The notes under the pieces were generated by a model that saw only the letters and a list, made by a program, of their open reading frames with translations, had not been told where the DNA came from and made no database searches. Shown here in pieces: positions 28,406-41,000 of a DNA stretch of 64,000 bases. Made by a program: the position numbers and the translations under genes. The stretch is from NCBI GenBank assembly GCA_003222635.1, contig QHWQ01000313.1, positions 873 to 64,872 on the forward strand. The letters run 5' to 3'. Each line of letters opens with the position of its first letter. Within the stretch, counting starts at the first letter, position 1. The DNA comes from Acidobacteriota bacterium. Lineage in GTDB: Bacteria > Acidobacteriota > Vicinamibacteria > Vicinamibacterales > UBA2999.

Positions 28406-29181
28406 AGCGGTTCGCGCTGATCGGCGGCATCTACAGCAACTGGCGCGCCCTGGAGACGGCGCTCTCGGACATCGCGCGGCGGCAGGTAGACGCCACATTC
28501 TGCCTCGGCGACCTCGGCGCTTTCGGACCGTATCCGGACCGGGTGTTTCCAGTCCTGCAGCAGGCGGGCGTGCTGTGCCTGCAGGGAAATTATGACCATT
28601 CACTGGCTTGCGGACTCGCCGATTGCCAGTGCGGCTATACCGACCCGCGCGACAACCACTTCGCGGATCTGAGCTACGACTACACGTTCCGCCACACGTC
28701 GCCCGCACACAAGGCGTGGCTCGGCACGTTACCGATGTCGCGGCGGCTCGATGTCAACGGGACGCGGCTGCTGCTGTGTCACGGGTCTCCGCGCAAGATC
28801 AACGAGTTCCTGTGGGAATCGACAAGCCCGGACGGGTTTCTCGCGTATCTGCTCGACGAGGCTGGTGTGGACGTGCTGTGCGTCACGCACACTGGCATCA
28901 AGTGGCATCGCGATCTTGGCGGCGGGCGCCACGTGGTCAATGTCGGAGCGCTCGGTCGACCGGAAAACGACGGCACGCCGCGGGTGTGGTACGCGCTGCT
29001 GACGATCGGTGCCACGTCCGGCGTGGAATTCATTCCGATCGAGTACGACCACGAGGCGCTCGCGGCGGATATGCACGCCGAGCGGCTGCCCGCCGAGTTC
29101 ATCGAGACGATCCTCTCCGGCTGGTGGACGACGTGTCTCGAGGTGCTGCCGCAGAAGGAGCGCGCACGGGGACGATTCTGA
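28402..29181 (+). CDS. Metallophosphoesterase (calcineurin-like, YfcE/MJ0936-type)
   Basis: Motifs: LIGGIYSN, CLGDLGAFGP, LQGNYDH, LCHGSP, VTHTG, VNVGALGRP. The GTG start overlaps the rSAM stop. Confidence 0.8.
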   Translation: MKRFALIGGIYSNWRALETALSDIARRQVDATFCLGDLGAFGPYPDRVFPVLQQAGVLCLQGNYDHSLACGLADCQCGYTDPRDNHFADLSYDYTFRHTSPAHKAWLGTLPMSRRLDVNGTRLLLCHGSPRKINEFLWESTSPDGFLAYLLDEAGVDVLCVTHTGIKWHRDLGGGRHVVNVGALGRPENDGTPRVWYALLTIGATSGVEFIPIEYDHEALAADMHAERLPAEFIETILSGWWTTCLEVLPQKERARGRF

Positions 29182-29240
29182 ACACGCAGTGCGATAGACC
29201 AGTGCTGTTGCCTGCTGGACTCGCGTAACATCGGACAGTT

Positions 29241-32200
29241 GTGCCGACGCGTCCGTCACGAGAGGCTGAGCTTCCGTCCCCGTTCCAGGGCGGCGAGCTC
29301 CTTGGAATCGAGGCGCTCGAGGAGCGCGCCAGACGGCTGGCGGCCGCGCTCACCGTCGACGATCGAGCCAGTGCTTCGCGCGCACATCTCCGGCGGCTGA
29401 AAGCGCACATGGCCGCGCTCCGCGACGTCTATCTCTCCGTCGCGGAAGACGCCCGCGCCGGCGAACCACCGTCGCCGGCAGCCGAATGGTTCCTCGACAA
29501 CTTCTTCGTCATCTCGACCACGGCGCGGGACGTGCGGCGCGACCTCCCGGGGCCTTTCTTCAGGCGTCTGCCTCGAATCGCGGCCGATGAGTACGAGGGG
29601 TCGCCGAGAATCGTCGCGCTGGCGATCGAGTTGGTCCGGTGGAGTGCCGGCCGTCTCGACGCGCAACGGCTGCATCGGTTCGTGACGGCGTACCAATCGA
29701 TTACGCCGCTCACGATCGGAGAGCTCTGGGCGTGGCCCAGCGCCCTCAAGCTGGCCCTGATCGAACAGCTGCGCGCGCGCGCCGAGGTGCTGGCCCTCAG
29801 CCGGTCGCATCGCCGGCACGCCGATGCGGTCGCTGCCGCGCTCGAATCGAGGACGACCCACAGGCGCGCATGGCCGACGGAGCTGCACCCCGCCTTCGTC
29901 ATCCGGCTGCTTCAGCGCGCGCAGGAGTACGAGAACGCCGCCGCCCTGCGGCAGGAGCTCGACGCGTCTCTCGCGGTGACGGGCCAGTCGATCGAGCAGG
30001 CCATCGCCTCCGAGGGACGCCATCAGGCGCTTGCGCAGGCGGCGATGGCCGGCCTCATCGGGAGCCTGCGGCTGATCGCCTCGTTCGACTGGAGCGAATT
30101 CTTCGAGAGCGTCAACCTCGTCGAGCAGGTGTTGCAGCGCGATCCGGCGGGCGTGTACGGCCGCATGGATTTTCGCAGCCGCGATCGCTATCGCCACGCC
30201 GTCGAAGAGCTCGCGGCGCCGACGGGCGAGGCCCAGCTGCGCGTCGCGCTGAAGGCGGTCGAATACGCGAGGCGCACCGGCGAGGACTCGCCCGCGGCGC
30301 GCGGGGCGCACATCGGCTACCACCTGATTGGCGGCGGACGCGCAGCGTTCGAGCGGAGCATCGCGTGGCTGCCGAAGCTGCCGCAGCGGGTACGCCGAAT
30401 TCTCTTCCGTTGCGCAACGCTCGGCTACCTGGGCGCGATCACCGCCGGCACCGCCGCAGTCGTGGCAGTGGCGGTCGCCTATGCGTACGCATACGGGTGG
30501 CGCGACGTATCGCTGCTGGCCGTGGCGCTCCTGGTCGCCGTTCCCGCCAGCGAGCTCACAATCCAGCTGGTGCAGCGCGCGCTCAGCAGTCTGGTGCCGC
30601 CGCGGCGGCTGCCTCGATTGGAGCTCAGTCGTCTTCCGTCCGACGCGCGCACGATGGCCATCGTCCCGACCATCCTCGGCAGCGTGGACGGTGTGCGCGC
30701 GCTCGCCGAGCATCTCGAGGTGCAGGCTGCGGGCAATCTCGATCCCTATATTCATTTCGCCATTCTCAGCGACCTGCGCGACGCGGCGACCGAGCACGAG
30801 CCGCACGACGCCGAGATCGTCGCCGCCGCGCGCGCGGCGATTGACGATCTCAACGCGCGGTACCCCGGAGAAGCCGGCGGCCGGTTCTTCCTCTTTCATC
30901 GGGAACGCCGGTGGAACGAAGGCGAAGGACTGTGGATGGGATGGGAGCGCAAACGCGGAAAAATCGAGGAGTTCAACCATCTTCTGCGCGGCGCGCGCGA
31001 TACCACCTTCACCGTGCAGGTCGGCGATCTGTCAATCCTTCCTCAGGTCCGCTACTGTCTCACGCTCGATACGGATACGCGGCTGCCGCGCGACGCGGCG
31101 CGCGAGCTGGTCGGCATCATCACGCACCCGCTCAATCGGCCGGGATTCGATCCACAGGCCTGCCGCGTGACGGAGGGCTACGGCATCCTCCAGCCGCGCG
31201 TGAGTGTCACGTTTGCGAGCGCGGCCGGATCGCTCTTCGCGCGGCTGTATTCCGGACACACGGGAGTTGATCCGTACACGAGCGCGGTCTCCGACACGTA
31301 CCAGGATCTGTTCGGCGAGGGCATCTTCACCGGCAAGGGTCTGTTCGACGTGGACGCGTTCATCGCCGCACTCGACGATTGCGTGCCGGAGAACGCGCTG
31401 CTCTCCCACGATTTGTTCGAGGGGCTGCACGCGCGCGCGGCGCTCGTCTCCGACGTCGAGCTCGTGGACGAGTACCCGTCCAGCGTGCTCGCCCATGCGC
31501 GCCGGCAGCACCGCTGGATTCGCGGCGACTGGCAGATCCTTCTGTGGCTGCTGCCGTGGGTCCCCTCCCGGCGGGGCCTCAAACGCAACACGCTCTCGGT
31601 GATCGCCCGGTGGAAGATCTTCGACAATCTGCGCCGCAGCCTGGTCGCCCCGATGCTGCTCGCGCTGCTCGTCGCCGGCTGGACGATCCTGCCCGGTTCG
31701 TCCGCCGCATGGACGATGGGCGTGCTGGCGGTCGTCGCGTCGCAGCTGCTGCCGCTCGCGGCGCGCCTGCTGACCGGTCCGCGCCGGCCGCAATCGCTGC
31801 CGGTGTTCCTGCGCAACCTGCGCAACGATGCCGCGACGGCGTTCGCGCAGATTCTGCTCGGCATCGTGCTGCTTCCGTATCACGCCGTCGCGTCGGCGCA
31901 CGCCATCGTGGTGACGCTGATACGGCTCGCGTTCACGAGGAGCCGGCTGCTCGAATGGGAAACGGCGGCGGCGACCGCGGCCAGGGCGAGGGGACTCACC
32001 GGACGCCGCGCGCTCGCGCTGTTCGTGATGGAGATGAGGGCGAGTCCGCTCGTCGCCGTACTCTCCGTCGTGATCATCGTTGCGACAGGTGCGGGGACGC
32101 TGGGCATCGCGGCTCCGTTCGTCCTGTCATGGGCGCTCGCGCCTGTCGTGGCGTACTGGCTCAGCATCCCCGTGGGCGCCCGCGCCCGTCCGCTCGGCGA

Positions 32201-35200
32201 CCGACAGCGGTTCCTTCTTCGACGGACCGCGTGCAAGACGTGGCGCTACTTCGACACGTTCGTCACCGAGGCCGACAGCTGGCTGCCCCCCGACAACTAC
32301 CAGGAAGGCGCCGATGAGGGACGAGTGGCGCGCCGCACCTCACCGACGAACGTCGCGATGGGGTTGCTCTCGACGCTGGCCGCGCACGATCTGGGTTATC
32401 TCACGACGGACGCGCTCGCCACCCGCGTCGATCGAACGTTGACGACGCTCGAAGGCCTCGAACGCCATGAGGGACATTTCCTGAACTGGTACGACACGGC
32501 GACACTTGCGCCGTTGCGCCCGCGTTACGTGTCCACGGTGGACAGCGGGAACCTGGCGGGCGCGCTCATCGCCCTCGGCCAGGGGCTGCGAGGACTCGTC
32601 GACACACCGCAGACGCTCGCGCAGCGGCTCGACGGGCTCGCCGATACGGCGGACACGCTTGCACTCGCTGCCGCGCCGACTGGCGCGGCCGGTGCCGCGC
32701 ACGAGGGCATTGCCCGGCTTGCGCGGGCCATTGCCGACCAGGCGCGGCGCGCCGTACGCGAACAACGCGATGCGCAGTTCGACGCGCTCGCTGTGGATCT
32801 CGCGGCGAGTATCTCCGGAATGCAACAGCGACGAAGCGGTCTCGTGCCGCGTGATGTGGACTATTGGGGCGCCGCGACGCAAGATCGCATCCACGCACTG
32901 CATTCGACGCCAGGCGCACGGCTCGACCTCCTCGAATCCCTCGCGCGGCGCGCCGTCGCGCTCGCCGACGCGATGCGGTTCGATTTTCTCTACGACCGCC
33001 GGAGGCGGCTGTTTGCGATCGGCTATCGGCTCGCCGACGCGGAGGGAGCGGGCTGCCTCGACGGCTCGTACTACGACCTGCTCGCATCCGAAGCGCGGCT
33101 GGCGAGCTTCGTTGCCATTGCGAAGGGCGACGTACCGCAGCACCACTGGTTCCATCTCGGCCGGCTGGTCACCAACCTTCATGGCCACGCGACCCTCGTC
33201 TCCTGGGGCGGGACGCAGTTCGAATACCTGATGCCGCTCCTGCTGCTGCGCACCTTTGCCGGCACGCTGCTCGATCAGAGCTGCCGCGAAAGCGTGAAAC
33301 GTCAGATCGAGTACGGCGACCAACGCAGGGTGCCGTGGGGAGTGTCCGAGTCGGCGTACGCGGTGACGGATCGAGAGGGGAACTACCAGTATCGGGCGTT
33401 CGGCGTGCCTGGACTCGGCCTCAAGCGCGGCCTCTCGGAGGACCTCGTCGTCTCGCCGTACTCCACGGCACTGGCAGCGCTGGTCGATCCGGCCTCGGCG
33501 GCCGAGAACTTCGTACGGCTCGCGCGCGCGGGGCTCGACGGCCGGTTCGGGTTCTACGAAGCGCTCGACTACACCCCGAGGCAACCCGAAGGTTCCGGCG
33601 AGCCCGCGAAGCCAGAGGTTATCCGGGCCTTCTTCGCCCACCATCAGGGCATGTCGCTCGTCGCGCTCGCCAACGTGATCCGCAACGACGCCTTCGTCGC
33701 GCGCTTCCATGCGGACCCGCGCATCCAGGCGACCGAGCTCCTTCTCCAGGAACGGGTGCCGCGCGAAGCAATCCTGTCGGAGCCGAGGCCGGCCGAAAGC
33801 ACGAGCCCGACGCCCTCGGTTCCACCGCCAGCATCGCGGCGGTTCAAATCGCCGCACACGCGCAGCGCGCACTCGCTCGTGCTCTCGAACGGCCGCTACT
33901 CGACGCATGTCACCAACGCGGGCGGCGGGTACAGTACCTACAAGGACCTCGCCGTCACCCGTCAGCGCCACGACTGGACCTCCGATGCCAGCGCCCACTT
34001 CATCTACCTCCGCGATCCATGGTCGCGGCGCGTCTGGTCGGCGACCTATCTGCCGATGGCCACCGAACCGGACGATTACGAGGTGACGTTCGACCTCGAC
34101 AAAGCGACCTTCCGCCGGCGTGATGGCGACTTCGAGACAGTGCTGCAAATCGTCGTCTCACCGGAGGACGACGTGGAGGTGAGGCGGCTGTCGATCGCCA
34201 ATCGCAGCGACCGACCGCACGACCTCGAGGTGACCAGCTACGCGGAGATCGTGCTGGGTGGTCCGATGGACGACCTCGCGCATCCCGCGTTCGGGAAACT
34301 GTTCATCGAAAGCGAGTTCGATGGGCAGAGCGCGGGGCTGCTCTTCAGCCGGCGGCCGCGAGGCTCCGACGAGACGCCGATGTGGGCGTTTCATGTCCTC
34401 GGCGTCGAAGGCCGCACGCGCAGCGCCGTGGAATGGGAAACCGATCGCGCCCGTTTCCTGGGCCGGGGACGCACGCCCGCCAATCCCCTCGCGCTCGACG
34501 GCCGCGCGTTGTCGGGAACGACGGGCGCCGTGCTCGACCCCATCGCTGCGCTGCGCGAACGCGTGCACCTCGCGCCTGGCGCCTTCGTCCGCATCGCCTA
34601 CGCGACGGGGGTCGCACGGGATCGAGAGGCGGCGCTCGCGATGATCCGCAAGTATCGCGACGGGAATGCCGCGGCGCGCGCGCTGTCGATGGCATTCACC
34701 CACGTGCACACGACGCTGCAGTATCTGGGTCTCACCGACGATCAGGCGGTGCTGTTCGACCGGCTGGCATCGCGCGTGTTCGGCCCCGACCGCTCGTGCA
34801 TCAGCCCGGCCGACATTGCCGCGAATTCGCTGGGCCAGTCCAATCTGTGGGGCTATGGCATCTCCGGCGACCTGCCGATCGTGCTCGTGCGCGTCGGCGC
34901 CACCGACGCGGTGCCGCTGGTCCGGCAGGTGCTGCACGCACAGGATTACTGGCGGGTCAATGCGCTTCGCGCCGACGTCGTGATCCTCAACGAGCATCCG
35001 GCGGATTACCTCGATGAGACGCAGGACGCCCTGACCCATCTTGTCCACGAGGCGCGATGGGCGGGATGGCTCGACAAGCCGGGCGGAGTCTTTCTGCGCC
35101 GCACCGAAGGCATGCCGGAAACCGATCGGCGGCTGCTCGGGGCGGTCGCGCGTGTCGTGCTGCACGGCGACTTCGGCGAGATCGGCGCCCAGCTCCATCC

Positions 35201-37757
35201 GGCGGCGCCGTGGATCTACAACGAGCACCACGTCGACCGCGACGTCGACATCCGGCCGCCCGAGCCCGCCGCTGTCCCCGCCGCCGTCCCGCCGCTCGTC
35301 ATGGCCAACGGCATCGGCGGTTTCACACCGGACGGCCGGGAGTACGTGATCGTGCTGGAAGGCGACCGCGAGACGCCGCTGCCCTGGTCCAACGTGCTGG
35401 CCAACAGGGAATTCGGCACGATCGTGACGGCGTCGGGGGCCGCGTTCACGTGGAACGAGAACAGCCGCGAGAACAGGTTGACACCGTTCGCCAACGATCC
35501 GATCACGGACCCGACCAGTGAAGTCATCTTCATCCGCGACGAGGAGTCGGGTGCCGCATGGACCGCGACGCCGGGGCCGTTGCCCCGGAGTCCGAACAGC
35601 GGCCGCTGGGTCATCCGTCATGCGACGGGCGTCACGCGGTACCAGCGCGCGTTGGCGGGGCTCGAACAGGAGCTCACCGTGTGTGTCGCGCCCGACGATC
35701 CCGTCAAGGTGGCGACGCTTGCGTTCCGCAACACCTCCGACACGACGCGGCGCCTCAGCGTGTTCGGCTACGTCGAATGGTCTCTCGGTGCGCCGGGGCC
35801 GGACGAACGCCGGTTCGTCGTGACCGAGGTAGACGAGGCCACGGGCGCCATCCTCGCGCGGAACGACTACAACACGGAGTTCCGCGGACGGACGGCCGTC
35901 TGGCACGTCGCCGACCGCGTGCGTTCGTACACCTGCGACCGCGGTGAGTTCGTGGGACGAAATCGTTTGCTCAGCCGGCCGGCAGCACTGCAACGGCCGC
36001 AGCTTGGCGGCCGGTACGGGGCCGGACTCGATCCGTGTGGCGCGCTGCACGTCGAGGTGACGCTCGCGCCTGGTGAAACGCGGCAGCTGGCGTTCGTGCT
36101 CGGCCAGGGAAAGGACCGCGCGCACGCGCTCGATCTCGCGCGACGGTACGGCTCGCTCCATCTCGCGTCGGCGACGTTCGATCGCGCCGAGCGCGCGTGG
36201 GACGACACGCTGAATGCGATCCAGGTCCGCACGCCAGACGATTCCTTCGATCTGATTGTCAACAGATGGCTCCTCTACCAGTCACTGAGCTGCCGGATCT
36301 GGGCGCGAAGCGGTCCGTATCAGCCGGGCGGCGCATTCGGCTTCCGCGATCAGCTCCAGGACGTCCTCGCGCTGCTCCACACGCGGCCCGAACTGTGCCG
36401 CGCGCATCTGCTGCACGCGGCCTCGCGCCAGTTCGTCGAGGGCGACGTGCAGCACTGGTGGCATCCGCCGAGCGGGCGCGGGACACGGACGCGGTGTTCC
36501 GACGATCTGTTGTGGCTGCCCTACGCGATCTCCGCTTATGTCTCGAGCACCGGCGACGAGGCGGTGCTCGACGAAGAGGTGCCGTTCCTCGACGCGCCGG
36601 AACTCGATCCGACCGAATCGGAGGCGTACATCGTGCCGCGGGTGTCGGCGGAGCGCGCGTCGCTGTTCGAGCACGCGGCGCGCGCGATTCGCCGCGCGGG
36701 CCGCGTCGGCATGCACGGACTGCCGCTCATCGGATCGGGAGACTGGAACGACGGCATGAACCGCGTCGGCCACAACGGCCGCGGCGAGAGCGTCTGGCTC
36801 GGCTGGTTCCTCATCGTCGTCCTGCACGGGTTCGCGCCGATCTGCGAGCGGCGGGGACGCCGCGACCTCGCCCAGCAGTATCGGAGCGAGGCCGAGTCGC
36901 TGGCAGGCATGCTCGAACTCGCGTGGGATGGCGACTGGTATCGCCGGGCGTACTTCGACGACGGGACGCCGCTCGGGTCGGCACAGAACTCGGAGTGCAA
37001 GGTTGATTCGTTGACCCAGTCGTGGGCGGTGCTGGCGAAGGTCGCACACCCTCGCCGCGTCGAACGCGCGATGGACGCCGTGCACGCGCATCTCGTTCGG
37101 CGCGACGCGGAGCTCGTACTGCTGCTCACGCCGCCGTTCGATCGGATGGCGCACGATCCCGGATACATCAAGGGGTACCTGCCCGGGGTTCGCGAAAACG
37201 GCGGCCAGTACACGCATGCGGCGCTCTGGGCCGTCATCGCGCTGGCGCGGCTCGGACGTGGCGACGCGGCGATGGAGCTGTTCCACATGATGAACCCGAT
37301 CAATCACACGCGCACGCCGGAGGCGGTCGAACGGTATCGCGTGGAACCGTACGTGGTTGCGGCGGACGTCTACGCGCACCCGATGCACGTCGGTCGCGGC
37401 GGGTGGACGTGGTACACGGGTTCGGCGGGGTGGATGTACCGGGCTGCGGTCGAGGCGTGTCTCGGCCTGCGTGTCGAGGGTTCGACGTTCGCGATCGATC
37501 CGTGCATCCCCTCGGTCTGGCCGGAGTATTCGCTCGTCTGGCGGAGAGGCCGGACGCAGTATCGCATCCGCGTCGAGAATCCCAATCACGCCTGCCGCGG
37601 CATCGCGATCGCGGAGATGGATGGCGAAGGCGTCGATCCGATGGCCATTCCGCTCGCTGACGACGGCAACACTCACGTCATCGCGATCGTGCTGGCGAAG
37701 CCAGGAGCACCGAACGCGGGCGGCTGGCCGGCTGCCGCGGAACAGGCGATCCGCTAG
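29241..37757 (+). CDS. cgs: Cyclic beta-1,2-glucan synthase (NdvB/ChvB/Cgs-type: glycosyltransferase plus GH94 phosphorylase-like domains)
   Basis: Single 2838-aa ORF. Central membrane-embedded GT domain ([10 protein letters not shown] and [12 protein letters not shown], i.e. QxxRW). C-terminal GH94-like region ([14 protein letters not shown]). Size and architecture match Cgs/ChvB. Confidence 0.85.
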   Translation: MPTRPSREAELPSPFQGGELLGIEALEERARRLAAALTVDDRASASRAHLRRLKAHMAALRDVYLSVAEDARAGEPPSPAAEWFLDNFFVISTTARDVRRDLPGPFFRRLPRIAADEYEGSPRIVALAIELVRWSAGRLDAQRLHRFVTAYQSITPLTIGELWAWPSALKLALIEQLRARAEVLALSRSHRRHADAVAAALESRTTHRRAWPTELHPAFVIRLLQRAQEYENAAALRQELDASLAVTGQSIEQAIASEGRHQALAQAAMAGLIGSLRLIASFDWSEFFESVNLVEQVLQRDPAGVYGRMDFRSRDRYRHAVEELAAPTGEAQLRVALKAVEYARRTGEDSPAARGAHIGYHLIGGGRAAFERSIAWLPKLPQRVRRILFRCATLGYLGAITAGTAAVVAVAVAYAYAYGWRDVSLLAVALLVAVPASELTIQLVQRALSSLVPPRRLPRLELSRLPSDARTMAIVPTILGSVDGVRALAEHLEVQAAGNLDPYIHFAILSDLRDAATEHEPHDAEIVAAARAAIDDLNARYPGEAGGRFFLFHRERRWNEGEGLWMGWERKRGKIEEFNHLLRGARDTTFTVQVGDLSILPQVRYCLTLDTDTRLPRDAARELVGIITHPLNRPGFDPQACRVTEGYGILQPRVSVTFASAAGSLFARLYSGHTGVDPYTSAVSDTYQDLFGEGIFTGKGLFDVDAFIAALDDCVPENALLSHDLFEGLHARAALVSDVELVDEYPSSVLAHARRQHRWIRGDWQILLWLLPWVPSRRGLKRNTLSVIARWKIFDNLRRSLVAPMLLALLVAGWTILPGSSAAWTMGVLAVVASQLLPLAARLLTGPRRPQSLPVFLRNLRNDAATAFAQILLGIVLLPYHAVASAHAIVVTLIRLAFTRSRLLEWETAAATAARARGLTGRRALALFVMEMRASPLVAVLSVVIIVATGAGTLGIAAPFVLSWALAPVVAYWLSIPVGARARPLGDRQRFLLRRTACKTWRYFDTFVTEADSWLPPDNYQEGADEGRVARRTSPTNVAMGLLSTLAAHDLGYLTTDALATRVDRTLTTLEGLERHEGHFLNWYDTATLAPLRPRYVSTVDSGNLAGALIALGQGLRGLVDTPQTLAQRLDGLADTADTLALAAAPTGAAGAAHEGIARLARAIADQARRAVREQRDAQFDALAVDLAASISGMQQRRSGLVPRDVDYWGAATQDRIHALHSTPGARLDLLESLARRAVALADAMRFDFLYDRRRRLFAIGYRLADAEGAGCLDGSYYDLLASEARLASFVAIAKGDVPQHHWFHLGRLVTNLHGHATLVSWGGTQFEYLMPLLLLRTFAGTLLDQSCRESVKRQIEYGDQRRVPWGVSESAYAVTDREGNYQYRAFGVPGLGLKRGLSEDLVVSPYSTALAALVDPASAAENFVRLARAGLDGRFGFYEALDYTPRQPEGSGEPAKPEVIRAFFAHHQGMSLVALANVIRNDAFVARFHADPRIQATELLLQERVPREAILSEPRPAESTSPTPSVPPPASRRFKSPHTRSAHSLVLSNGRYSTHVTNAGGGYSTYKDLAVTRQRHDWTSDASAHFIYLRDPWSRRVWSATYLPMATEPDDYEVTFDLDKATFRRRDGDFETVLQIVVSPEDDVEVRRLSIANRSDRPHDLEVTSYAEIVLGGPMDDLAHPAFGKLFIESEFDGQSAGLLFSRRPRGSDETPMWAFHVLGVEGRTRSAVEWETDRARFLGRGRTPANPLALDGRALSGTTGAVLDPIAALRERVHLAPGAFVRIAYATGVARDREAALAMIRKYRDGNAAARALSMAFTHVHTTLQYLGLTDDQAVLFDRLASRVFGPDRSCISPADIAANSLGQSNLWGYGISGDLPIVLVRVGATDAVPLVRQVLHAQDYWRVNALRADVVILNEHPADYLDETQDALTHLVHEARWAGWLDKPGGVFLRRTEGMPETDRRLLGAVARVVLHGDFGEIGAQLHPAAPWIYNEHHVDRDVDIRPPEPAAVPAAVPPLVMANGIGGFTPDGREYVIVLEGDRETPLPWSNVLANREFGTIVTASGAAFTWNENSRENRLTPFANDPITDPTSEVIFIRDEESGAAWTATPGPLPRSPNSGRWVIRHATGVTRYQRALAGLEQELTVCVAPDDPVKVATLAFRNTSDTTRRLSVFGYVEWSLGAPGPDERRFVVTEVDEATGAILARNDYNTEFRGRTAVWHVADRVRSYTCDRGEFVGRNRLLSRPAALQRPQLGGRYGAGLDPCGALHVEVTLAPGETRQLAFVLGQGKDRAHALDLARRYGSLHLASATFDRAERAWDDTLNAIQVRTPDDSFDLIVNRWLLYQSLSCRIWARSGPYQPGGAFGFRDQLQDVLALLHTRPELCRAHLLHAASRQFVEGDVQHWWHPPSGRGTRTRCSDDLLWLPYAISAYVSSTGDEAVLDEEVPFLDAPELDPTESEAYIVPRVSAERASLFEHAARAIRRAGRVGMHGLPLIGSGDWNDGMNRVGHNGRGESVWLGWFLIVVLHGFAPICERRGRRDLAQQYRSEAESLAGMLELAWDGDWYRRAYFDDGTPLGSAQNSECKVDSLTQSWAVLAKVAHPRRVERAMDAVHAHLVRRDAELVLLLTPPFDRMAHDPGYIKGYLPGVRENGGQYTHAALWAVIALARLGRGDAAMELFHMMNPINHTRTPEAVERYRVEPYVVAADVYAHPMHVGRGGWTWYTGSAGWMYRAAVEACLGLRVEGSTFAIDPCIPSVWPEYSLVWRRGRTQYRIRVENPNHACRGIAIAEMDGEGVDPMAIPLADDGNTHVIAIVLAKPGAPNAGGWPAAAEQAIR

Positions 37758-37771
37758 CGTTTCTCCGTCGG

Positions 37772-38086
37772 TTACTCCACGGTGCCCGGCACGCCGGAAT
37801 TCCCGTCGCGATCCACCGCGACGATGCGGTGGCCCTTCACGAGCGCCGGTCGCACGGGCGCGGAAAACGTTCCATCGGCGGCGAGCGTGTTCGCCTGTCC
37901 AATCTTCGTTTTCTCCTGAAACGACAGATCGTAAACGGAGATCGGCGCCGTGCCCGGCGCCGCCGTTCCGGCGACCACGCCGGCGCCGTCCACGAGCATG
38001 CCGAGTGTCGGGCCGCTGCTCTGGGCAGCGACATACGAAACGCCGAGCGCGAGGGCGATGAGCAGGCGTGTCACGAGCGTCTCCAT
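37772..38086 (-). CDS. Small secreted hypothetical protein
   Basis: ORF 37772..38134, likely start METLVTRLLIALALGVSYVAAQ at 38086. It is the last gene of the long minus-strand operon. Confidence 0.5.
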   Translation of the reverse strand: METLVTRLLIALALGVSYVAAQSSGPTLGMLVDGAGVVAGTAAPGTAPISVYDLSFQEKTKIGQANTLAADGTFSAPVRPALVKGHRIVAVDRDGNSGVPGTVE

Positions 38087-38099
38087 CCGTGTTGACAGG

Positions 38100-41000
38100 T
38101 TACTTGCCTCTGATTTTGACCGCATCGATGGCAACGGCCGACTCCACCGAGTTGTCGATCGCGTTGCCGGACGTAAATTTCAACGTGACCTGCGTGCCGA
38201 GCACCTGGGCCGGAAGAGTGAACGACGCGCACACGCGATTCGTCATCGTACTCGACGGAATGAAATACAGACCCGAACCCAGGATATTGACGCCCGACGA
38301 AAACGCCGGTGCTGACGGTGGTGTCAGAACGGCGCCGGGACTGAGTCCAGGCGGGGGCGGCGGAGCGCCTCCGCCGGCAGGCGACCCGCCACTGTTATCA
38401 GCCGACGCGAGCGTGAACGTGCCGGCGCTGCTCACGAGCTGGGCCAGGAAGAAGTCTTCAAACCCGCCCGAGTCGTTGCTCACGAACTGGTAGCAGAAAT
38501 CGATCTCCGATGGAACCGCCGGCGCGGCGAACGTCTGGGTGATGACGCTTCCCGACGTCCCCGGCGGCGTCGCGGCGCTGGCCGCATTGGACAGCACCGC
38601 CATGAACTGTCCTTCCGCGGGAACGATCGGCGTGAACGCACCCTGCGGGCCGAGGCTGCTCATGACATGCACGTTGCTGCCCGGCGCGACCGTCCAGCCG
38701 GCGAGCGTGCCCGATTCGAAGCCGCCGTTATTCAGCAGCGTCACCACGACGTTGCCGACGTCGGTGGTGCCGCCGACAACGGGCGCGAAGCTGCCGGAGA
38801 GGCCGGTCTGCAGCGTGCCGTTGATAGTCGCCGACGCCGTCACGACGATGTTGCCGAGAACGGTCGCGACGCCCGGGATCGAGAACGTCCCGTCGTTCGC
38901 CGTTGTGGACGTCCGTGAGAACGTCGACACGATGGCGCCCCCGACGCCGGCGCCGTTCATGTCAATCACTCGACCCGTCACCGTCGTGCCCGGATCGGGA
39001 ATGACGTTCACCACGACGTTGGGAGCCGTGCCGATGTTGCCGCCAAGGTCCACGGCGGTCGCTCCAAGCGTGAGCGAGCTGATGCCGACGGGAATCTTCA
39101 GGTTGTACTGATACGGCGATGACGTGGCCGTGAATGCCACCGCGCCGTTGACGAGGAAATTCACGCCAGCGACCGCCACGTCGTCGCGGGCGTCGACGAT
39201 CACCGGCAAAGTCGATCCCTCGACAACGCTGCTGCCGTTGGCGGGAGACGTAATCGATGCGGTCGGCGCCACGCCCTTCGTATCAACCAGCGCGAGGTAC
39301 TGACCGATGTAGAGACGGCCGTCGCCAAACGCCTGGAACTTGCCGAGCGCGCCGTGGTCCGTGGTCAGATAGACGAAGTTCCCATCAACGGCAATCCCGG
39401 TCCCGTTGTCGTCGCGCTGCGGGAAGTTGAGAATCGCTCTGGCCTGCAGTTGCGTCGGATCCGTGATGTCTGTAATCGGGACGCCGTTGACGAACTTCAC
39501 GTCCGCGCCGAGCGCGAAGTTGCCCGAGACCGCAATGTCCTGCAGAAATCCGCCCAGGTTCGAATCGAGGATGTGCGAACGCACGACGGGGTTCGATGGG
39601 TTCGTCAGGTCGACGGACGTCGTGCTGTTCGAGTAGTCCGCGACGAACGCGAAGGTGTCGCGAAGCCCGACGGCGCGCGCGTCTCCAGTGGACGCGCTTC
39701 CGAGCAGCAGCGGCATGTCGGGGTTCGAAACGTCGATCACGTGAACGCCGCCGAAGCCGGCCGCCGTGACCGCGAGGCCACGCTGCGCGTCCACGTCGAT
39801 GCCCTGGATCGTGCCCGCGAGGGGCAGCGTGGCGATCGGCACGATCGACGCCGGGTTCGACACGTTGACGAGCAGCAGGCTCGAACCGTTCGCCACGTAC
39901 GCAACCGTGCCCCGCACGGCGACCGCGAGGGCGTTACTGGTGGCGAGCGAGCCCCGCAGCACGGGCATCAGCGGGTTGGCCACATCGACGACGTGCAGGG
40001 CAGTGCCGGCCGCCACGTAGGCGAGAGTGCCCAGCAGCTTGATCCCGTTCGCATTGCCAGGCAGCGACAGCGATGCGGCGATCAGCGGATGGCTCCGATC
40101 GGTCACGTCGACAACCTGCAGCCCGGACGATCCGGCCGCGACGTACGCGAAGTTGCCGTTCACCGCGACGCCATTGGCAAAGCCAGGGAGAGGGATGAAG
40201 GACAGCGCCGTTGGCGTGAACGTCTGAACCACGCCGACGGCCTGCGCGGTAAAGCCGCTGTTGGTGATGGTGATGGTGCACGAGCCGTTGTTGCCGGCGA
40301 AGACGTTGCCGTCCGGCACGCCGAAATTACAGATCGTCAGGTCGCTCGACACGTAATTCGTGCCCTTCGACGTCGACGTGAGGTCGAGCGTCGTCTTGTT
40401 GTCGATCAGCGTCCCCTTCACGGCGAGCTGCTGCGACGCGACGCCGACGATCGTGTTGAAATCCAGCACGAAGGACGCGGGTGTCACCGTGAAGGTGGCC
40501 AGCGCTGTCGACAGATCGAAGCTCGCCGGATCCAGCGGGTTGGTCGCCGTCTGTATCTCGACGCCGTCCGGAATGCCGTCGCCGTCGGTGTCGGCAAGCA
40601 GTGGACTGGTGTGATGGATGTGGACCTCGTCGCCGTCCTTGAGGCCGTCGCCGTCCACGTCGGGATTGTGCGGATCGGTTCCGTTCTGGAATTCTTCCAG
40701 GTTCGTCAGACCGTCCCGGTCGGGATCCTCGAACGGCATGACGGGATCGTTCGGATTGAGGCCGTTGGCGATGGCCCACGAATCGGGAATGCCGCCATGC
40801 GGTGCGCCGCTGAGCGCGGCCTGCACCGACAGCAGGCCCGATGCGCCCTCGTGCGTGGCCTGAATCAGCACGGTGCCGCTTGTGCCGCCTGCGGCCGCCT
40901 GCACGATCCCTCCCGCCGACACGGTGGCAATCGCGGCATTGCTGGTCGTGTACTGCGTGCCACTGCTCGCCGCGGTAACATCCGTGGCCGTTCCGTTCGG

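Noticed and set aside
28340-28410. Possible selenocysteine recoding in the rSAM/'selenodomain' protein (the C-terminal Cys-rich tail ends at a TGA)
   Set aside because: The TGA at 28403-28405 overlaps the GTG start of the next gene in a normal coupled arrangement. The Cys-rich motif is complete with Cys residues. I see no in-frame TGA within the motif and no obvious SECIS-like hairpin.
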